Source: Blastocladiella emersonii ATCC 22665
Taxonomy: Eukaryota > Fungi > Blastocladiomycota
Direction of reading: 5' to 3'
Assembly (NCBI GenBank): GCA_025594325.1
Contig: JANHCV010000001.1
Coordinates: forward strand, 4,588,001 to 4,652,000
DNA: 64,000 bases
This document shows positions 57,144 to 64,000 of this stretch, one piece after another. A program made the position numbers and the translations under genes. The notes beneath the pieces are model-generated. The model was not told where the DNA came from and did no database searches. It was given only the letters and a program-made list of their open reading frames with translations. Every line of letters starts with the position of its first letter. Within the stretch, counting starts at the first letter, position 1.

Positions 57144-58357
57144 TCACATCGTAAACGACAAGTCGACGCCAAGCGACGACGCCTTGCCGGTCGTCGCAAG
57201 CCCGACGCGCACGGCGAACGCGCCCCACGACTGCTGGTACACGAGGGCGAGCCCGCGCGCGATGCCGTACCGGACGCGGATCAGCGTTCCCGGCCGCTCG
57301 GGTTTCGCGGCGCCGACGGGCGCGGTCGGGTCGTCGCGGCAGTCCGTGTCGGGCGAGTAGGCGAGGCCGACGGCGAGGTCCGACTCGTAGCTGTACACGT
57401 TGTAGTCGTAGCGGCACGCGGCGCGCAGGCCCTGCTGCACCCACGTCGTGTAGCTCGTCGACACGTGGCCGAGCAGCGGGTTGATGGTCACGGTGGTCGT
57501 GGCGAGGCGCGACGTGTGTTTTCCGCCGAGAGACACTACGTAAGGGTCGTGGTGAGAACGCGGAGGATGGGTTTGAGGGGGTGGGCGTGACGTACTCCCG
57601 CCGCTCACCTCGTTGGCGAGATAGTACAGCTCGCCGCCGAGCGAGAAGGAGGGCGAAATGGAACGGAGCCAGCGGAACCCGAACAGCGCGGCTTCAGACG
57701 AGAAGCAGAACTCGTGGCCCCACTTGCCGCGGTTCGTTGCCAGGTTGTAGTGCACCTACGCGATTCCAGCGCGTCAGCACTCGGCCCGTCCCCGAATTGC
57801 GAGCTGCGGTACGCACAAACGACTGCTCGGGGGTCCACGAGCTGACGCCCGAGACCGTGAACAGCGTGCGCTGCGACAGCCGGCGCGCGAGCACGTACTC
57901 GAGGCGCGCGTCGCGGAAGATGCGGCCGTACAGGAGGTACGTCGAGACGACGGACCCGGGCGAGCCCAAGCTGTGGGCGACCGTGAACGCCTCTGGCCGC
58001 GTCGTCAAGGCAGCCGCGCCGCTGCTTCCGCCGATGGTCGCGGATGGTGGGTCGTCGCTCAGCGGGACGGACGTGAACAGGAACCCGATGGCGCCCGACA
58101 TGGGCAGGCCGAGCGTGTACTGGCTCCGCAGCAACGCGGACGCGGCGCTGCCGAGCGACATGGAGAAGCCGTTGGGCGTCACGAACTCGAGGATCGCTAG
58201 ACGGTGCCGCGGATGAGGACCCGGTCGACGAACGAGACAAGGAGGCTGCGGGCTACCCACCTCGCGAGTCTTTGAGCAGCGAGCCGTACTGCTGGTCGAC
58301 CTGCCACCGGGTCGCGGCAAAGTACTGCTGCAGGCACGAGTCGAGGTAGTCGGCCAT
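57144..58357 (-). CDS. MDM10: Mitochondrial distribution and morphology protein 10 (ERMES/SAM beta-barrel); 4 exons
   Basis: M.DYLD.CL..YF.AT.W..D..Y..L...SR.ILEF.TP.G, FLFTS, YLLYGRIF....RLE....RRLS, HYN...GKW..EFCFSS..ALFGFR.L, SLGGELYY, T.T.NPL.GH.STSY and A.CRYDYNVYSYESDL..G. Confidence 0.92.
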
Positions 58358-58553
58358 GATGATGATGATGGTGCAAGGTCTGCTCTGCTGGTTGGCGGCC
58401 GTCCGGCGGCGGCTAGTGCATCAAGTTCCGTAGAGTCCGTTCGCGACGCATGCGCGAGTGATGAGAGCGTCGACGTTGACGCCGTCGCTGCGAACATCAC
58501 GGCGATCAACACGGCGGCGGCGTTCCTTCTCCGCTCCCCCACTCCACCCTGCC

Positions 58554-59635
58554 ATGTATTCTGTACTCCGCGCATCGCCGACTTGCGGCAACGGCCTGAG
58601 CCGGGTCGTGCGCCACGGCGCCGTGGTCTCGCGCCGCACCCTCGCGACGGGGGAGCCGCCGAAGCCCGAGACCAAGGCGGCCGATCCTGCGCCTGCGCCG
58701 ACGTCCCCTCCTACGGCGACTGAGACGACGCCAGCAGCGCCTGCCGCGCCCGAGAAGCCCAAGTCGCTCGGCCGGCGCATCTTCAGCTCGCTGTTCGACG
58801 TGTTCAGCAAGGAGAAGCGGCTGGCGAACCGGCCCGCGCTGTACGTCCGCCGGCATCGCGATCTCGCTCAAGCTGCGACGTTGACCGAGCCCGCGATTGC
58901 GTAGCCAGAAGGAGTACCGCGAGAGCTACTGGAAGGACCTGCAGGAGCTCAACAAGACCAAGGGCAAGCTGTACATTGCGTCCGACAAGCTGACCAAGCC
59001 GCAGGTGCGCTCGCTCTCGCGGATCCCTCGCGAGATTCGTCGCTGATGCGATCCGCGCTGCGCGTGTGTAGAGCGCGGTCCGCTTCCCGAGCCTCATGGT
59101 CAACCCCCTCGACGCGCCGAACACCAAGATCGACCTGCTGTCGCGGATCCAGGGCCAGGTCACGCTCGTCACCTTTGCCTTCAACACCTACGGAGACGTA
59201 CGCACTCTCTCAGAGACCCGCTGATCGATTGCGTCAGCTCACTCTCCTCGCGCACCTCCGATCGAGTAGAAGCACACCAAGACCTTCGAGCTGCCGTTCC
59301 GCACGGGCTACCCGAACGTTCCCGTGGCGCAGGTGAGTCTGGCCGACACGCCGGCCAAGTCGTGGATCCTCAAGATGCACGTGCCGTACACGGCGCGCGT
59401 GGTGGCCAAGCCGCTGCACCCGTGGTATTTCGTGTCCATGTTCGAGTCGCTCGACGCGCCGCTCGACCACCTCGCCGTCACCAACCGGTACCTCGGCTGG
59501 GTCTTCCTCGTCGACGCCAACGGCCGCATCCGGTGGCGCGCCCACGGCATGGCTACGCCCGAGGAGCTCGCGGCGCTCGGCCGCGGAACGCAGATGCTGC
59601 TCAACGAGCAGGAGGAGATGAAGCATCGCAAGTAG
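58554..59635 (+). CDS. ATP10: Mitochondrial ATPase assembly factor Atp10; 4 exons
   Basis: Presequence; YW.DL......KGKLYIAS..L; A..FP.L; VTN...G.VFLVD.NGRIRWRA.G.AT.EE..AL. Confidence 0.88.
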
Positions 59636-59735
59636 TGGTGGGTGTGCGGAAAAGGTTGCATCGATTCATATGTACAAGACGGATGGATATAGCTCATCCA
59701 CAACCCTCACGACTCACGGCTCGACTGACCGAGAC

Positions 59736-62700
59736 CTACTCCCGCCGCCGCTGGCGCTTCGACTTGGGGGGCGGCGACGGCGAGAAGCTGCCCGACGACG
59801 AGGACGCGCCGTGGTGGTGATGGTGATGGTGGTGGTGGAACAGCGTGCCGGCCGAGGACGGACCCGCAACGGACGCGTGCGCCGCCGGACCTGCGCCGCC
59901 GCCCGACGCGGCGTCGTTCGGCTGCTGAGAACCGAAGGACGCCAGGAACTGCGACGGCGCCGGCGGCGAGAGCGGGCGGCCGTGGCTCGGCTCCTCGTCG
60001 AAATCGAGCTCGTCCAGCTCGCTCTCCGCGCCGCCGCCGCCCATCTCGTCGTCGTGCGGGGTGCTGGCGACGTGGGCGGCGTCCGCATCGAGCTGTGATG
60101 GGCTGATCGGAGAGTACGAGGTGGGAGAGTGGGGGGGACTGGGAGAGTAAGTGGGACTGACGGGCGAGTACGAGGGGCTATCCGGCGAGTACGAAGGACT
60201 GGTAGGAGAGTAAGTGGGACTGAAGGGCGAGTACGAGGGGCTGACTGGCGAGTACGAGGGACCGCCGGCCATCTCCTCCTCTAGCACCGCCAATGCCGCG
60301 ACAATCTCTTCCGCAGATACACCCATGGGTGCGGACGGCGACGTGCCGCCCTCGTCCACGTCCATGTCGACGTCCGAGCTGGGGTCGTAGTCGAACAGCG
60401 GCGCCGCGAGGCTCGCGCCCACGCCGTCATCGACGTCGTCCTCGTCGGTTTCGGCCGGGTGGTCATGGTCGTCGTCGTGGTTGCTCACGCCGCTGACCGT
60501 CGACGGGCTGTACCCGCCGCCGCCGCCGAAGAACCACGGGTTGTAGTACCCGGCGAACCCGGTCCCGAACCCGTCGTCAAAGTACCCGTCATCGAAATCG
60601 TCGTCGCCGTCGCTGCCGTGGTCGTCGCCGTAGTCGGTCGCGTCGGCGTCCATGCCGTCCGAGTCGAGCTCATCATCTCCGTCGTCCTCGTCGTCGGTGG
60701 CGCCGTCGAACATGGGCAGCGCGAACCCTGCCGCGCCATCGCCCGCCGCGGCAGCGGCAGCGGCCGCGTTCGCCGCAGCGAGGTCGAGCAGCTCGTCCTC
60801 GTCCATGGGCGGCTCGGCCGCGGGCGCCTCGTTGAACACGTACGACCCGACGGCCCAGTCCCACGTGCCGAGGGTTCCGCTGGGTGGCGGCGGCGGCAGC
60901 GTCGACATGTGCGCGAGGACGTGGTGGATCCCTGCTCCGCCGGCCCCAGCAGCGCCACCCGCGGCAGCGCCGCCCGCGCCCGCGCCCGCGTACTCGGGGA
61001 GCGGGACGCCAAAGTCGGGCGCGTCGTACGGGAACAGCGGTGCGGAGAGCGCGGGGAACCCGTCGGCGTAGGCCGTCGTCGTCGCCGCGCCGCCGGCGGC
61101 AGCGGGCTGCGGGCGCGGCCGCGCGCGGTCGACGACGGTGAGGTGCGTGAGCGGGGTCCAGAGTTGCTCGTTGGACGCGTGGAGTGACCCGTCGACGCGG
61201 ACGGCGAGCGGCGGGGGTTCGCGTTCACCGAGGGCGGCGGCGGTGCGGCGGTCGCGGTCGCGGCGCTCGGCGGTCGCGACGATCACGCGCGCAATGTCGC
61301 AGGTGATGCCCGGGCAGTGGACGAGCGACAGCGACGCGAGGTGCGGCGACGAGACGAGCAGGCTGGCGAGGACCGCGTCGGACAGCGCCGTGTGGGCAAA
61401 CGAGATGGACTGGAGCGAGGGCGCGGCGCCCAGGACGAGCTGTGCGAGCACGTCGAGCGATTTCGCCGCGCGGTACACGCCGACGGCGCCGCCGCGGTCG
61501 GCTGGCTGGTGCTGGTCGACGCGCTCGAGGGCGAGGTGGCGCAGGGATGGGGTCGGGAGAATGGTTTGTGGGGACATGGTGACGGTGCAGCAGCGCAGGG
61601 TCAGGCGCTCGACCTCTCCGAGGCTGCTGGCCAGCGGGAGCTACGCGGGCTCGGCGTGTTAGCGAGAGTCAATCCACTGAGCAAGAGCCGGGAAGCGTAC
61701 CGAGAGGTTGGCATGACCCTCGAGACACAGGCTCTTGATCCCAGCAGGCAGCACGCCGGGGAACACGGACGCGCGGGCGGCGGGCTGCAGGGCGCGTGCT
61801 CGAAGAAAGTCGACGGTACCGTGGAAGCGGAGGTAGGCGGTGTGGATCTTCGAGAAGAACTTGGCGAGGTAGGGCGCGAGGTCGGCGGCGCGGTGCACGC
61901 TGGCGCGCAGGTTGACAATGAGGCTCTTGAGGTGCAGCACGACGGGTAGCGGCGCATCGTCCTCGGCGGGGACCGGTGCGGGAAACGCGACGCCAGAGGA
62001 CGAGAGGGTGCTCACGACGCGAAGCCGCGAAAGCAACCGCAGCGCGAGCAGCGCGTCGAGATGGGCCACGGTAAGCTTCGGCATATCGAGCGTCAGGTCG
62101 CGCAGGCCGGGCATGCAGCGAGGCAGGCCGCGGCCAAAGACGGTAGCCGGTACGTTGAATGGCGGCGAGAGCTCGAGTGTGGAGAGGCGGCGGAAGGCAG
62201 CGGGCGTGGGACCGTGAAGGGCGGGGAGCATCGAGGTGGACGGGAAGCTCGATCGGACGCGAAGCTGGCGCAGCGGCGCGACGTGGTTGAAGAGAACGTC
62301 GAGAAACTGCGGCATCCAGTGCGGGCCCGGTGCGAGTTTGGCGGGCCCGAACGGCGAGCGAGCGGTCCACAGCATGTTGCGGTCGTAGAACTGGCCCGAG
62401 ATGGTGATAGAGGTGATCTCGCGCAGGTTCGGGAACGCGCAGCCGCCGCTGCCACTCGACGTCGTCGAGGCGGCGTCTGTCCGCGATCTTGGAGAGCCAA
62501 AGACGAGCTCGCACACGCGATCGAGAACAATCAAGTCATCGAACAGGATCCCCTGGGCGTCGGGTTGGCGTACGCCCGTGGACTCGTAGCTGCGCATGTT
62601 GCGCTCGAGGGCCATGAGCTGGACGCCCGGCTGGGTGTGGGCGGTCGAGTGGATGAAGGTGAGGTGGCGCAGCGGCAGGTGCACGGGGAGCGGCTCGGCG

Positions 62701-63161
62701 TCGAGGAGCGTCTCGAGGTGGGTGACGACGGCAGCGGGCGGCAGGGCCGAGAACGGGTTGGTGGCGGAGACGGGGCCCCAGCCGGTCGAGAAGGGCAGGG
62801 CGGCGATCTTGCGGATAAACTCGACGAGCGAGTAGGCCTCGACGTTGCGCGTGGTGCCGACGTGGTCGCGCACGGCGGACGAGAGCACGCGGCAGGTGCA
62901 GGCGAGCTCGTGCAGGTCCTTGGTCGAGGGGCAGCTGGTCGCGGCGACGTGGCGCACGACCATGGCGATCAGCTCGGCTGGGAGGCCCGCGAGGCGAGGC
63001 GCAGCGAGCGGTGGTGGATCGGCGGCGGCGGTAGCAGCAGGAATGGGAGAGTTGGGCGCGTCCTCGTCCATGTGCGACGAGGAGACGGGCGACTGGAGCG
63101 GCGTGGGGCCGGTCGAGTCATACTCGAGGCCGGCGTAGGCGTCGGCGTGCATTTGATCCAT
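59736..63161 (-). CDS. F-box-like/LRR-like protein (about 1120 aa) with acidic tail, Pol II CTD-like heptads, His9 and basic C-terminus; 2 exons
   Basis: Exon 1 (63161-61701), phase-0 intron 61700-61641 (GTACG...GCTAAC...TAG), exon 2 (61640-59736) in frame with the 59736..61577 ORF. F-box-like [16 protein letters not shown]...[15 protein letters not shown]-like repeats [56 protein letters not shown]. Confidence 0.8.
60096..60254 (-). repeat. RNA Pol II CTD-like heptad array (YSPxSP[ST])
   Basis: [53 protein letters not shown]. Confidence 0.93.
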
Positions 63162-63340
63162 GGTGTAGAGCCGTGCGGCGCTGATGCATAGAGTTTCGGG
63201 TTGCTTGCAGTGTCCGTGAGGGAAGGGAGAGCGTTCGTGAGGTGTGGGCGGGGGAGAGGGAGAGACCGGGCCGCGCAGCGGCAGCGCAAACGGCGCGTCG
63301 CCGCGATCGCCCTCGCCGCACGTGCGACCCGTGCGCGGCG

Positions 63341-63370
63341 CGACGCGTCGACGCGTCGGCTGTAACGCGT
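63341..63370. promoter_or_regulatory. Three ACGCGT (MCB-like) sites, including an 18-bp palindrome, about 180-210 bp upstream of the F-box/CTD gene
   Basis: cgacgcgtcgacgcgtcg (63341-63358, self-complementary) and acgcgt at 63365-63370. Confidence 0.4.
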
Positions 63371-64000
63371 TCTGACGCGCGAGACAAGCCGCGGGCCCGC
63401 GAGACACTTGCGCGCGCGCTGACGAGCTCCTCGTCGGAAGCAAGAGATATGACCCTCGATCACTATCTCGATGACCGCATCCGTATCATCGGGGCGCGCG
63501 TGCCCTCATTTCGGGTCGGGATCTGTCGGACCGACGGTGGAGGCGAGCTCCTATCGTTGCCGCGGACATCACACTCGGATTAGACTTTCAGCAGTGGCGG
63601 TGGTGATGGCGGCGCAGCAGCAGCGTGTTGAAAACTTGAGCGTCAACGCGTGGTCCCTGTCGTCGACCGTCGACTCCATGAAATGATCCGCCACCGTATC
63701 GCACTCGGTGCACTTGCCGTGCACGGCGATTGACGAGGCGACCGTGTCGTGTGGTCCCTGGTCAGCTGGCGCCGCTCGCGCCGCGACGCCTCCCTTTCGT
63801 CCCTGCACTCGCGCGCGAGGGTGCTCGAGCGAGGCACCGACGCCGACGAGGATGTGCGCGTTCTTTGACAGCGCGACACGTATAAAGCCGCCATGGCGTC
63901 GGGCCTCTCCGGCGACGGTCAGCGACGACCGTGACTCGTGCCCCCGCTGCAGCCGCACTCGACCCGCTCCCCGCCGATCCGCCGCTGCAGCTCCGAACCG

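Noticed and set aside
59736-61577. Calling the heptad-containing ORF RPB1 (Pol II largest subunit)
   Set aside because: No NADFDGD or other RPB1 domains. The array is short and internal, and the upstream exon is F-box/LRR-like.
63500-64000. Possible gene start at the right edge (TATAAA at about 63881)
   Set aside because: No convincing ORF or protein motif within the window.

Overview
Gene-dense, GC-rich eukaryotic DNA. Coding GC3 is very high, and most introns are short with GTACG/GTGCG-type donors and CTGAC/CTAAC-like branch points. Fungal markers (MDM10, ATP10, Gti1/Pac2 WOPR factor, FYV7-like, pantothenate synthetase) occur together with flagellar genes (CFAP57, IFT88, TTC12-like, TTC6-like). 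This points to a zoosporic fungus, most plausibly Blastocladiomycota (inference). About 24 genes were reconstructed by hand from splice signals, many arranged as tight head-to-head pairs. Most notable: (1) an F-box/LRR-like protein carrying a block of RNA polymerase II CTD-like YSPxSP[ST] heptads, a poly-His tract and a basic C-terminus (59736-63161); (2) a small three-exon gene resembling animal p22phox (CYBA) but lacking its proline-rich tail; (3) a kinesin-13-like gene broken by a P-loop frameshift and an in-frame TAG; (4) BCKDH E1-alpha head-to-head with a presequence-bearing pantothenate synthetase; (5) a bacterial-type crotonase with a PTS1 signal; (6) a decayed partial duplicate of the HOP2 5' end. 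No rRNA, tRNA, CRISPR array or intact mobile element was recognised. All family assignments come from motif recognition by eye, not database searches.
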